Positions 27,333 through 35,524 of a stretch of 44,886 bases of DNA are shown here, in pieces. Each line of letters begins with the position of its first letter. Positions within the stretch are counted from its first letter, which is position 1. The notes beneath the pieces are model-generated. The model worked only from the letters and a program-made list of their open reading frames with translations, was not told where the DNA came from and did no database searches. Made by a program: the position numbers and the translations under genes. Origin of the DNA: Treponema sp. (lineage in GTDB: Bacteria; Spirochaetota; Spirochaetia; Treponematales; Breznakiellaceae). Where the stretch lies: the NCBI GenBank assembly GCA_031272575.1, contig JAISTO010000036.1, forward strand, positions 1 to 44,886, given 5' to 3'.

Positions 27333-28144
27333 TTCAGGTCCTCCTGAGGCTTTGACTTGCGCGTACGGGGCGCGCCATGGTCTGCGCAGTACACGAGATC
27401 GTAATCCGCAAGGCCGGAGAGGGCCGCGAGCGGGCTGCAGTAAGGCTCTGCTGTTTTATCAGCCCAGGCGGGGGACGCATGAAGCGGGGGCGGCGTGAAG
27501 GGCTTCGATACCGCGAGGGCAGTGCGGGTCTTGCCGCAGAGTACGCCGATTTCCACCGTGCAGCGCAGATTCGTGCCGCGCTCCCCGTCGTCGTGCCACG
27601 AGGCGGGCAGCCCCAGATAGCGGGACTCATCGTGCACCTCCACCGGTATGATGAAACTCTCGTCCACCTTTTTCGTGCCCTCCGCTGCCGGGGGCGGGGG
27701 GCGCGAGGCGTCCTTATATGGACACAGCCGCAGGTAGTAGCCCGAAAAGTTGTTCATACGCTCGTATAAGTCCCGCTCACTGCCGCGAATTTCCCAAAAA
27801 ACGAAGGCCCACAGCGGGTCACGGATCATCACTTCTATAAAAGTGATATTATACCGTAGCGGCAGTGGAACAGATTCCACCGCCACGTGCGCCTCATACA
27901 GTTCTTCGTCATCGTTCCCTGCTTGCTTCGGCTCATTCGGCTCCGGCCATTCTATGTCCGGCTCCAGTTCCGGTTCTTCCGCGGATTCGAGCAATGCCTC
28001 GATGATAAAGACTCTCTCCAGATCAGGAGGCATATCGATCCCTTCGGAGACAGCGAGCGCGAATAACTCCGCCGTAGAGCAGGCTTCGAGGAAGGCACGA
28101 TATGTGCGGTCAAATTTTCCCTGAGTCACCAGATTATTTTGCAA
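27329..28144 (-). CDS. DUF4912-like protein, partner of the GH57 gene
   Basis: The stop overlaps the GH57 start (ATGA). Motif IRDPLWAFVFWEI. The family name is from memory only. Confidence 0.5.
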   Translation of the reverse strand: MQNNLVTQGKFDRTYRAFLEACSTAELFALAVSEGIDMPPDLERVFIIEALLESAEEPELEPDIEWPEPNEPKQAGNDDEELYEAHVAVESVPLPLRYNITFIEVMIRDPLWAFVFWEIRGSERDLYERMNNFSGYYLRLCPYKDASRPPPPAAEGTKKVDESFIIPVEVHDESRYLGLPASWHDDGERGTNLRCTVEIGVLCGKTRTALAVSKPFTPPPLHASPAWADKTAEPYCSPLAALSGLADYDLVYCADHGAPRTRKSKPQEDLK

Positions 28145-28201
28145 TAAGAGAGGTTTTTAATCAAGAGGGGTGATATAGATCAACCCGTTATCCGCATTTT
28201 T

Positions 28202-28275
28202 TGGGCGATGGGGGACTTGAACCCACGACCCCTAGCATGTCAAGCTAGTGCTCTCACCAACTGAGCTAACCGCCC
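28202..28275 (-). tRNA. tRNA-Val (anticodon GAC)
   Basis: The reverse complement folds as GGGCGGT..GCTCAGTTGGTGAGAGC..CTAGC-TTGACAT-GCTAG..TTCAAGT..ATCGCCC-A. Confidence 0.85.
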
Positions 28276-28321
28276 AAAACGCACTGCGGAAGTGCACAAT
28301 CATTCTAACATAACTATTTTT

Positions 28322-28924
28322 TTATGTCAAGCCCCCATTCCCAAGCCCGCGCAACTTTTCAAACACCGCCTTCGTGTTGAGTATGTCCTTCATGGCGCTG
28401 TGAGCGCCAAAGAGGTCGAGGCCGAAGTGGGCGCAGATGGTTTCGAGGCGCAGGCTGGGCAGGGGGAGCAGGCCCGCGATGCGGCAGCCCTGGGCGAATT
28501 GCAGCACATCGAAGGGGAGGCCGTCGAAGTACCGGTAATAGTCGCCGCACACGTGTTTTGAGTCCGCGGCTTTGTTCCGGTAAAAAAGCCCCTTGAGAAA
28601 GCGGATGTCGAATTCGACATTGTAGCCCGCGACGGTGAGGCGGTTTTGACCGAACTCGGCGAGATCGGCAAGCAGCTCGGGGTACCGCTCCGATTCGGGG
28701 GGCAGGCCCAGTATGCGCTCGCGCGTCCAGCCGTGCACTTCTTCCGCCCTTTTGGAAAACTCGAAGGGGCCATAAGGGCCGCAGTGGTCCGGCCGCATTT
28801 CGAGGCTGCGCTGCGCGAGGACGCTGCCATTTTCTTCGATAAGGTAGGCGATCTGAAACGCGAAGTGGTTGCGCGAATCGAAGCCGGTCGTTTCCGTGTC
28901 GACCCAAAAAAGGCGGGTGTGCAT
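28322..28924 (-). CDS. DEDDh 3'-5' exonuclease (DnaQ/epsilon-like)
   Basis: Start at MHTRLFWVDTETTGF (Exo I), GYNVEFDIRFL (Exo II), HSAMKD (Exo III). The start overlaps the AKR stop (TAATG). Confidence 0.8.
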   Translation of the reverse strand: MHTRLFWVDTETTGFDSRNHFAFQIAYLIEENGSVLAQRSLEMRPDHCGPYGPFEFSKRAEEVHGWTRERILGLPPESERYPELLADLAEFGQNRLTVAGYNVEFDIRFLKGLFYRNKAADSKHVCGDYYRYFDGLPFDVLQFAQGCRIAGLLPLPSLRLETICAHFGLDLFGAHSAMKDILNTKAVFEKLRGLGNGGLT

Positions 28925-30084
28925 TACGCGAAAAACCTCCGGGCAACCGCCAGCCCCAGCCGGAGCGGCGGGGCCTCGAAACGCCCCGTCACCTTTTTCA
29001 GGCCCCCGCGGATGGGGATATGCTGCGGGCAGTGGCTTTCGCATTTGCCGCACCCGACGCAGAGCCGCGGCCGCCGGGGGTTTTTGCCCACCGCCGCGGT
29101 CGTGGTAACATACTGCTGCATACCGGTGACAAAGCCCTGCGCGTAACTCGTGTTGTACGCGGCGAAGCAGCCGGGGATATTGATACCCCTGGGGCAGGGC
29201 ATACAGTAGTTGCAGCCCGTGCAGGGAATACGGTACGACTTGTTGAAAACAGATACCACCCCGGCATAGACCGCGCGCTCCTCCGCTGACAGGGGGCGGG
29301 CGTTTTCCGCGGCGCGGATGTTTTCCCGCATCTGAGCGGCCGTGCTTGTGCCGCTGAGGACGCAGGTGACCTCGCGCTGGTCCCAGAGCCAGAGGAAGCC
29401 CCATTCCGCCGGGGAGCGCGCGGGGGCCGCCTTCGCGAAGAGCCGCAGCGCCTCCTTCGGCAGCCCCGCCGCCAGTTTCCCCCCGAGCAGCGGCTCCATG
29501 ATCATCACCGCGATGCCCCTGGCCGCCGCCGCCTTAAGGCCCTCCCTGCCGGCCTGGTAGTTTTCGTTCGAGTAGTTGTACTGGATCTGGCAAAACTCCC
29601 AGGGGTAGGCGGCGAGCACCTTCATAAACTCCTCGCGGGTACCGTGAAACGAAAACCCCAGCCGCAGGATTTTCCCCTCCCGCTTTTTGCGCGCGATCCA
29701 GTCCTCGATGCCCCATTCGCAAAAAAGCGCCCATTGCTCCATGCAGGTGATCATGTGCATGAGGTAGTAGTCAACATGATCGGTTTTTAGCCGCGCCAGT
29801 TCCGCGTCGAAAAAAGTGTCGAAATCGGCCGGGCCGCGGCACATGATCAGCGGCAGTTTCGTGGCGATGTGCACCGCGTTCCGCTTGCCGTGCTTTGCGA
29901 GTATTTGCCCCACCGTCTCCTCGCTGTGCGGGTAGATGTAGGCCGTGTCAAAATAATTGACCCCCCCGTCGATGGCGGCAAGCAGCATGCGCTCGGTCTC
30001 GGCCCGGTTCGCGGAAAACCGCATACACCCAAGCCCCAGTATGGACAGGTCCTTCCCCGAAACGGGGTCCCTCCGGTATTGCAT
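28924..30084 (-). CDS. aldo/keto reductase with C-terminal 4Fe-4S ferredoxin-type motifs
   Basis: AKR N-terminus LGLGCMRF and DTAYIY. C-terminal CTGCNYCMPCP and CVGCGKCESHCP. Confidence 0.85.
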   Translation of the reverse strand: MQYRRDPVSGKDLSILGLGCMRFSANRAETERMLLAAIDGGVNYFDTAYIYPHSEETVGQILAKHGKRNAVHIATKLPLIMCRGPADFDTFFDAELARLKTDHVDYYLMHMITCMEQWALFCEWGIEDWIARKKREGKILRLGFSFHGTREEFMKVLAAYPWEFCQIQYNYSNENYQAGREGLKAAAARGIAVMIMEPLLGGKLAAGLPKEALRLFAKAAPARSPAEWGFLWLWDQREVTCVLSGTSTAAQMRENIRAAENARPLSAEERAVYAGVVSVFNKSYRIPCTGCNYCMPCPRGINIPGCFAAYNTSYAQGFVTGMQQYVTTTAAVGKNPRRPRLCVGCGKCESHCPQHIPIRGGLKKVTGRFEAPPLRLGLAVARRFFA

Positions 30085-30186
30085 ATAATGATGATGGCAG
30101 TTTTTCGGAAAAAAAGCAAGGGGGAATCATACCGCGGCTTGACCATCTCTTTTTTATGTGCTATCATGACAAAGACAGGAGGGAAT

Positions 30187-31029
30187 ATGAAAGCGGGAAA
30201 AATACGGCTGCTTGCGCTCGATCTGGATGATACGCTGCTACGGTCGGACCTCTCGATCTCGTTCCGCACACGGTGGGCCGTGCGGCGCGCGGCGGCGGCG
30301 GGGATCACCATAGTGCTCGCGTCGGGGCGCTCGCCCGCGGCAATGGCGCGTTTTTCCCGGGCGCTGCGCCTCCACCGCAAGGGTGGCTACCTTATTTGCA
30401 ACAACGGCTCTCTCGTCATAGAAAGCCGCACGGGCCGCGTACTTTACGAGGCGCGCATCGAAACGAAGAGCGCGCTCGCCGCCTTCGACCTGGCTGCCGC
30501 CGAGGGTTTCCCCGTGCAGATATACGAGGATGATGTACTGTATGTCTCGCGGGCGAATGAGTACGCCGATTACGATCAGAGATTGACGGGGCTGCGCCAG
30601 GTCGTACCCGCGGATTTCCGCGGCATGGTAGAGCGGGGCTGCTACAAACTGCTTATCCCCGGGGACCCCATGCTCCTCGCCCCGCTGCAAAGCCTCCTCA
30701 GCGCGTACCTGGGGGACGATGTGACGCTCTTCACGAGCAAGCCGTACTATTTGGAGATACTCCCCAAGGACTGCAACAAGGGCGCGTCCCTCGAGCGGAT
30801 CGCGGGGCTGCTGGGCATTGGCCGCGAGGCCGCCGCCGCGGTGGGCGACTCGATGAACGACGAGGCTATGCTTCGCTGGGCCGGCCTCGGCATCGCCATG
30901 CAGAACGCGGACGAGCGGATAAAACAGATCGCGGCCTATGTGACGCGCTCCCCCAACGACGACGACGGCGTCGCCGAGGCCGTGGAGCGGGTGCTGGCGG
31001 AGGGACGGGGGACTCTGTCATTCCAGTGA
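30187..31029 (+). CDS. Cof-type HAD-IIB hydrolase
   Basis: AGGAGGG precedes ATG 30187. Motifs LLALDLDDTLL and GDSMNDEAML. Confidence 0.85.
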   Translation: MKAGKIRLLALDLDDTLLRSDLSISFRTRWAVRRAAAAGITIVLASGRSPAAMARFSRALRLHRKGGYLICNNGSLVIESRTGRVLYEARIETKSALAAFDLAAAEGFPVQIYEDDVLYVSRANEYADYDQRLTGLRQVVPADFRGMVERGCYKLLIPGDPMLLAPLQSLLSAYLGDDVTLFTSKPYYLEILPKDCNKGASLERIAGLLGIGREAAAAVGDSMNDEAMLRWAGLGIAMQNADERIKQIAAYVTRSPNDDDGVAEAVERVLAEGRGTLSFQ

Positions 31030-31069
31030 CGGGGGGGATTCCGCTCAGTCCCCAAGTCCAATTCCAAAC

Positions 31070-32767
31070 GTGCAACCGCGGCGCTTGCGGCGTGTCAATA
31101 CTAGTGTGCTATATCTTGAAAAGGATACGCTTGCGGCGCTGGTGACGGGGGCCGCGCGGAAGTATGGGGCGCTCCCCGCACTGCAAATCTACCGGGATGG
31201 CGGCGTCTACGGCGCGGTGACCTACGCGGCCTTTGCCCGCCGCGCCGCGCAGTTCGCGCTCCTCCTGCGCGGCCTGGGCTGCGGGCGGGGCGCGAAGGTA
31301 CTCATCCTGTCAGAGAACCGGCCGGAGTGGGCCTTCGCGTTTTTCGGGGCCGCGCTTGCCGGGGCCGTGGCGGTGCCCCTGCTGACGGGCTTCAGCGCGG
31401 CGCAGGTGGAAACGATTGCGGCGCACTGCGGGGCAAAGGCCATCTGCTGCGGGGCCGCGGGCCTCGAGAAGGCAATGGCTGTCGGGCTTAGTCCCATAAT
31501 CAAACTGGATTCGCTTGAGGGGGACCGCGTCTCTGTCATCCTGCATGGGGCTGAAGAGACCATGCCGCTCGCGAATGAGCCCCAGGCCCTGGAGACCGCG
31601 CTCCGTGAGGGGGATGCGTCCTGCGCGCCCGAGGACAGCGCGTCCATCATTTATACCTCCGGGACAACCGGCCGGAGCAAGGGGGTCTGCCTTTCCCACC
31701 GCAATATCCTTTTTGTGGCGCGCACGAGCCGCGCCCTCATGAAGATATACCCCCGCGACCGGCTTCTTTCGCTTATCCCCCTCGCGCACGCGTACGAGTG
31801 CAGCCTGGGCCTTGCCGCGCCGCTCCTCAGCGGGGCGTCGATTTCGTACCTCGACCGCGCCCCCGCCCCCGCCGCGCTCCTCCAGGCAATGCAGGCGCTG
31901 CGCCCCACCGCGCTCGTCAGCGTCCCGCTCTTTATCGAAAAACTCTGCCGCGCGCGCATATTCCCCCGGCTCGAAAAAAACCCGCTCTACCGCTGCCCCC
32001 TTACCCGCATCTTGGCGATCAAACTGGCGGGCTTCAGGCTCATCGGGGCGCTCGGCGGGGCCCTGCGTTTTTTCGGCGTGGGGGGCGCGCCTCTTGCCGA
32101 GGATGTGGAGCGCTTCCTGCGCACCGCGGGCTTCCCCTACTCGCCGGGCTACGGGCTCACGGAGGCCGCCCCGCTCGTGGCGGGCACCGCCCCCTACCGC
32201 TTCACGCGGGGCTCCGCCGGCCGCATCCTGGACGGCGTACAGATCCGTTTCGTCAAGGGTGATGGTCAGGCTTTCGACCTGGCGGATGGAGAGATTCAGG
32301 TGAAGGGCCCCAATGTCATGCAGGGCTACTACCATGCGGAGGAAATGACGCGCGAGGCGTTCACCAGCGACGGGTGGCTGCGCACCGGGGACACGGGTTT
32401 TATTGACAAGAAAGGCTGCCTGCACATACGCGGCCGCGTCAAGGACATTATCCTGGGGCCTTCCGGGGAAAACATTTACCCCGCGGATATCGAGTGCATC
32501 CTCAGCGCGTCCACGCTGGTCGAGGACGCGCTGGTGGTACCCGGCCCGCGCGGGGAACTGGTCGCGCTCATCGTCCTCAGCGAAAAAGCGCAGACCGCGG
32601 CCGCCGCCCTGAGCGACCGCCTCGAGGAACTGCGCCGCAAAGTGAACCAGAACCTCGCATCCTTTTCGCGCCTCGCCCGCATCGAGGTGCGCGACGCCCC
32701 CTTCGAAAAAACTCCCACGCAGAAAATCCGCCGCTTTCTGTACCGGCCCGCGGAGGCGGGCATCTGA
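31070..32767 (+). CDS. AMP-dependent synthetase/ligase (second acyl-CoA ligase paralogue)
   Basis: IYTSGTTGRSKGVCLSHRN, GYGLTEAAP, TGDTGFID. Start uncertain (GTG 31070 or GTG 31106). Confidence 0.8.
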   Translation: MQPRRLRRVNTSVLYLEKDTLAALVTGAARKYGALPALQIYRDGGVYGAVTYAAFARRAAQFALLLRGLGCGRGAKVLILSENRPEWAFAFFGAALAGAVAVPLLTGFSAAQVETIAAHCGAKAICCGAAGLEKAMAVGLSPIIKLDSLEGDRVSVILHGAEETMPLANEPQALETALREGDASCAPEDSASIIYTSGTTGRSKGVCLSHRNILFVARTSRALMKIYPRDRLLSLIPLAHAYECSLGLAAPLLSGASISYLDRAPAPAALLQAMQALRPTALVSVPLFIEKLCRARIFPRLEKNPLYRCPLTRILAIKLAGFRLIGALGGALRFFGVGGAPLAEDVERFLRTAGFPYSPGYGLTEAAPLVAGTAPYRFTRGSAGRILDGVQIRFVKGDGQAFDLADGEIQVKGPNVMQGYYHAEEMTREAFTSDGWLRTGDTGFIDKKGCLHIRGRVKDIILGPSGENIYPADIECILSASTLVEDALVVPGPRGELVALIVLSEKAQTAAAALSDRLEELRRKVNQNLASFSRLARIEVRDAPFEKTPTQKIRRFLYRPAEAGI

Positions 32768-32799
32768 AGCGGGGGGGCCGGGGGCACAGAGGATGCCCC

Positions 32800-32911
32800 G
32801 TCATTCCGCGGCCTGGAAACGGGACCTGAGTGCCATAGGCGCGTCAGTTCGTAGAACTGCGTGCGCGGTGAACGCGCCGCGTTCAACGCGCCCCCTCTCC
32901 CCCGCGGAATC
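32800..32911. repeat. REP-like element, long form, at the core/accessory boundary
   Basis: gtcattccgcgg (32800-32811) and ccgcggaatc (32902-32911) are inverted termini. The interior begins cctggaaacgggacctgag and ends ccccctctccc, as in 9776-9847. Confidence 0.65.
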
Positions 32912-32971
32912 TGCCCGCCGCTGTGATCCCCGAAGATGATAACTTGCGATAGCCAATCACCATGTTGTCCA

Positions 32972-33382
32972 TTATCTTTGTGGCGCATAGATTCCATTTG
33001 AAAAGGTGACAAGAGCAGGTTTGTCTTTCGTCACAAGTTCAAGATTGAAAAACAATTCTTTCAGAGTATCAAGAAGGACAGTATTCACTGTCAGCATATT
33101 GATTTTTTGACCGTCTAACTTTTTCAAACGGTCAGCATTATTCAAGAGTGATTTTTCAAATACTGAAAAATCACTCAACCGTGCGCCCCTGCTGTTCATG
33201 TTCCATGCAGACAGAGTCACATAGACCAATTCAATAAACTCATATGAGAGTTTATCCCCAGTGAAATGGAACACCTGACGATACAGGTACCAGCCTGGAT
33301 CAAGCGGTCGATACTCCTTCGCCGTAATTTCCAGAGTTTTTGCGCGAAGATCAGCATTTTCAAAAATGCTTAAATCTTTCAT
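32972..33382 (-). CDS. hypothetical protein (136 aa), last gene of the small-ORF cluster
   Basis: ORF preceded by the conserved leader element and AAGGAG. No motif recognised. Confidence 0.5.
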   Translation of the reverse strand: MKDLSIFENADLRAKTLEITAKEYRPLDPGWYLYRQVFHFTGDKLSYEFIELVYVTLSAWNMNSRGARLSDFSVFEKSLLNNADRLKKLDGQKINMLTVNTVLLDTLKELFFNLELVTKDKPALVTFSNGIYAPQR

Positions 33383-33388
33383 TCCATT

Positions 33389-33424
33389 CTCCTTTCCGGC
33401 GCATAAGCCCGCGCCGGTGGGCTT
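33389..33424 (-). repeat. conserved structured leader element, copy 1
   Basis: Minus strand AAGCCCACCGGCGCGGGCTTATGCGCCGGAAAGGAG ends in the SD of the 32972..33382 gene. Confidence 0.8.
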
Positions 33425-33478
33425 AGTTCCGCTGCCCCGACCTTTCGGTCGGGAGCAGTTGCCATCCTCCCCCAGCGG

Positions 33479-33904
33479 CTACGCTCCAGCGGCCAGTTGC
33501 TCTTTGAGCCACTGCATGGTTTTGCCCTGGTTTTTCCCCTGCAGCGATAACTCGTACTTCAATGCTGGCAGTAAGTACTCGTTATACTTCTTGCCGGTGA
33601 GAAAGATAAACACGTCTTTTTCGGTGTTTGTTACCTTTGCCAGTTGGGCAAGCACTTTCTGTGCCCAGTCCCGCCGTTCAGCCGCCTTTTTGGTATTGAG
33701 CGTCTCGTCATACGGCTCAATGACCTTGTCCAGCGACAGCAGACCATGCTTCGCGGAAAGCACGAAAATGCGCGAGTCATCCCCTTTGGTTTGCTTCCGC
33801 GCATACGCCAGCGCCATCTTGAAGCGCGGACTGGTGTACATATCCGCCGCTTTCACCTTCTTGCCGCATTTCTGCTTACCGCAAGAAATGAGAAACTGTT
33901 TCAT
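33479..33904 (-). CDS. DUF6884-like protein (141 aa)
   Basis: The pattern ISCGKQK ... FVLSAKHGLLSLDKVIEPYDETL matches my recollection of the DUF6884 family. Not verified. Confidence 0.5.
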   Translation of the reverse strand: MKQFLISCGKQKCGKKVKAADMYTSPRFKMALAYARKQTKGDDSRIFVLSAKHGLLSLDKVIEPYDETLNTKKAAERRDWAQKVLAQLAKVTNTEKDVFIFLTGKKYNEYLLPALKYELSLQGKNQGKTMQWLKEQLAAGA

Positions 33905-33910
33905 ACGAAA

Positions 33911-33946
33911 CTCCTTTCCGGCGCTTAAGCCCGCGCCGGTGGGCTT
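33911..33946 (-). repeat. conserved structured leader element, copy 2
   Basis: Minus strand AAGCCCACCGGCGCGGGCTTAAGCGCCGGAAAGGAG. Confidence 0.8.
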
Positions 33947-33958
33947 TGGCTTTGCCGA

Positions 33959-34690
33959 TCAAATGACCTTATCGCAGCCACTGCGCATTGCACAGTGTTC
34001 ACAGTCAGGCTTGGTCGGATGGCAGCATTCCCTGCCAATCTCAAAACAGGCAAAATCTATAAGCCCGGGAAATTCAGGCGAAATTTCGCGGGCTTTATGG
34101 ATGACGGTTTCAATCTTCGCCCCCTTTGGAACGCACCCAAGCCGCGTCATAACACGCCGTACATGAGTGTCCACCGATATGTCGATGGAGTAATAATCAG
34201 AAAGAGGCACCTTGAAATGCCTGACAAGCAGATTCGCCGCCATTGTGGCGATTTTGGGACCAGCCCCTTTGAACTCAAGAAACCTGCCGACAAGAGCCGC
34301 GCTGCTTGGTGTGTTTGCCCATATCTTTGCGGCGTTACCGTCGTACTTGTTCTTGATGTCCTGAACACCGCAGTAAAAGATGTCAGCCATCTTTTCGTTA
34401 AACCTGTGCAGGCTGTTTTCAACAAAAAGGCGGACATATTCATCCTTGCTTATCGAAGACAATTCAGCAATTGTCTCCTTGCCAGTCAGAGAAGATACCC
34501 GGTAAGGTATTTCCCACGCTTTCTCGTACTTGATCTGCCTGTCCATAAGACAAGCGAGAACAAAACGATGCGGAAAGTGTTCAAGGTCAGAGACGAAAGC
34601 ATCCGCCGCTTCGTCCTTCGTGAACGGTTCGAGCAGAGCGTCATTTTTGAAACGCTCTCGTCCAATTTTGAGCAGTAACTCAGTGTTCAT
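33959..34690 (-). CDS. HhH-GPD / endonuclease III-superfamily Fe-S DNA glycosylase-like protein
   Basis: HhH motif FKGAGPKIATMAANLL with Lys, catalytic-Asp context VDTHVRRV, and an exact EndoIII/MutY cluster spacing C-x6-C-x2-C-x5-C (CHPTKPDCEHCAMRSGC). Start ATG 34690 lies 7 nt after AAGGAG. Confidence 0.8.
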   Translation of the reverse strand: MNTELLLKIGRERFKNDALLEPFTKDEAADAFVSDLEHFPHRFVLACLMDRQIKYEKAWEIPYRVSSLTGKETIAELSSISKDEYVRLFVENSLHRFNEKMADIFYCGVQDIKNKYDGNAAKIWANTPSSAALVGRFLEFKGAGPKIATMAANLLVRHFKVPLSDYYSIDISVDTHVRRVMTRLGCVPKGAKIETVIHKAREISPEFPGLIDFACFEIGRECCHPTKPDCEHCAMRSGCDKVI

Positions 34691-34697
34691 GTGCATA

Positions 34698-34733
34698 CTC
34701 CTTTCCGGCGCATCAAGCCCGTACCGGTGGCTT
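34698..34733 (-). repeat. conserved structured leader element, copy 3 (most diverged)
   Basis: Minus strand AAGCCACCGGTACGGGCTTGATGCGCCGGAAAGGAG. Confidence 0.75.
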
Positions 34734-34770
34734 TGCTTTCCGCCGCCGCTATGGACGGCGGAAATACCCC

Positions 34771-35148
34771 TCAACTGAAGGGCTTCTCGATTGCGTCGTA
34801 AATTCCTGGCCATGTCCAGATGACGCCGCGTTCGAGGTCTTCGGGAAGAGTCGGAACGTGTTCTGGCCCTCCGCTTGCGTTAGGATCAACAAGCCCGCTC
34901 CCGCATCGTCCGGTGTTCTTGTCCACACAGAGCGCATTGAGACAAGGTACTTTTTGCTCGTTGCACTTTTTGCCGATCTCACCAGCAATATGTCCAACAC
35001 CACGGCCTTGTCCATGTTGTCCTTTCGGAGATCCCACGCCAATCTGATCGCCAAGTTCACTGTAGGTGATCACTTTTTTAGCGTGAGCCGTCTTCACCAG
35101 AATCTCCCACGCCTTGTTGAGGACATTCGGGTCTTCTGTTTTGTTCAT
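34771..35148 (-). CDS. MGMT/ATL-like DNA-binding (winged-helix) domain protein, 125 aa
   Basis: ITYSELGDQIG...GRGVGHIAGEI...VPCLNAL parallels the TYGELA...ARAVG...PCHRV layout of alkyltransferase DNA-binding domains. The His-Arg of PCHR is replaced by Leu-Asn. Weak call. Confidence 0.45.
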   Translation of the reverse strand: MNKTEDPNVLNKAWEILVKTAHAKKVITYSELGDQIGVGSPKGQHGQGRGVGHIAGEIGKKCNEQKVPCLNALCVDKNTGRCGSGLVDPNASGGPEHVPTLPEDLERGVIWTWPGIYDAIEKPFS

Positions 35149-35154
35149 CACGAA

Positions 35155-35191
35155 CTCCTTTCCGGCACCTCAAGCCCGCGCCGGTGGGCTT
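35155..35191 (-). repeat. conserved structured leader element, copy 4
   Basis: Minus strand AAGCCCACCGGCGCGGGCTTGAGGTGCCGGAAAGGAG. Confidence 0.8.
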
Positions 35192-35524
35192 TACCTTACA
35201 GGAAACGCCGCAAGCCCCATGCCTGCGTGCCCGTCTCCTGTCCCGCTTTGCATACCCGCGTCCAATCCCCTGTCGTGTTGCCGCGCGGTTCAATGGCCGT
35301 TCCTGAAAGAAGGCGAGCAGCCTGTCGGTCTTGTTGATTTTTGCGACAAACCGCAAAAATCTCTATTGCCGGGGCTGCTTTCGGCATGGCAGGGAATGGC
35401 GCGGTTATGCAAACTCCTTTGCAAGTTTAACCTCTTTGCGGAGGAATGGTGTTTTGTCCGCACACCTTGAGCTGCGAACCGCTCCCATCATCATTTTTAC
35501 CGTATCACCTCCTTTCCCTCCCTC

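Noticed and set aside
28925-29404. 160-codon N-terminal extension of the exonuclease ORF (track ORF 28322..29404)
   Set aside because: The extension overlaps the 3' part of the aldo/keto reductase gene in another frame and is Arg/Pro/Gly-rich. The DEDDh domain begins exactly at the Met whose codon overlaps the AKR stop.
31310-32425. 371-aa antisense ORF, and similar ones at 11099..12103, 13396..14073, 17635..18255, 42081..42938 and 43852..44523
   Set aside because: All lie opposite genes with strong family motifs and have low-complexity Arg/Pro/Gly-rich translations. They are treated as non-coding.
33389-35191. The four conserved inter-ORF repeats considered as integron attC sites or as a CRISPR array
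   Set aside because: attC is rejected because there are no RYYYAAC/GTTRRRY core sites at the repeat borders and no intI is visible. CRISPR is rejected because the repeats are separated by 0.4-0.8 kb of coding sequence rather than 30-40-bp spacers, and they end in a Shine-Dalgarno. A cassette-like origin is still possible, but these specific models do not fit.
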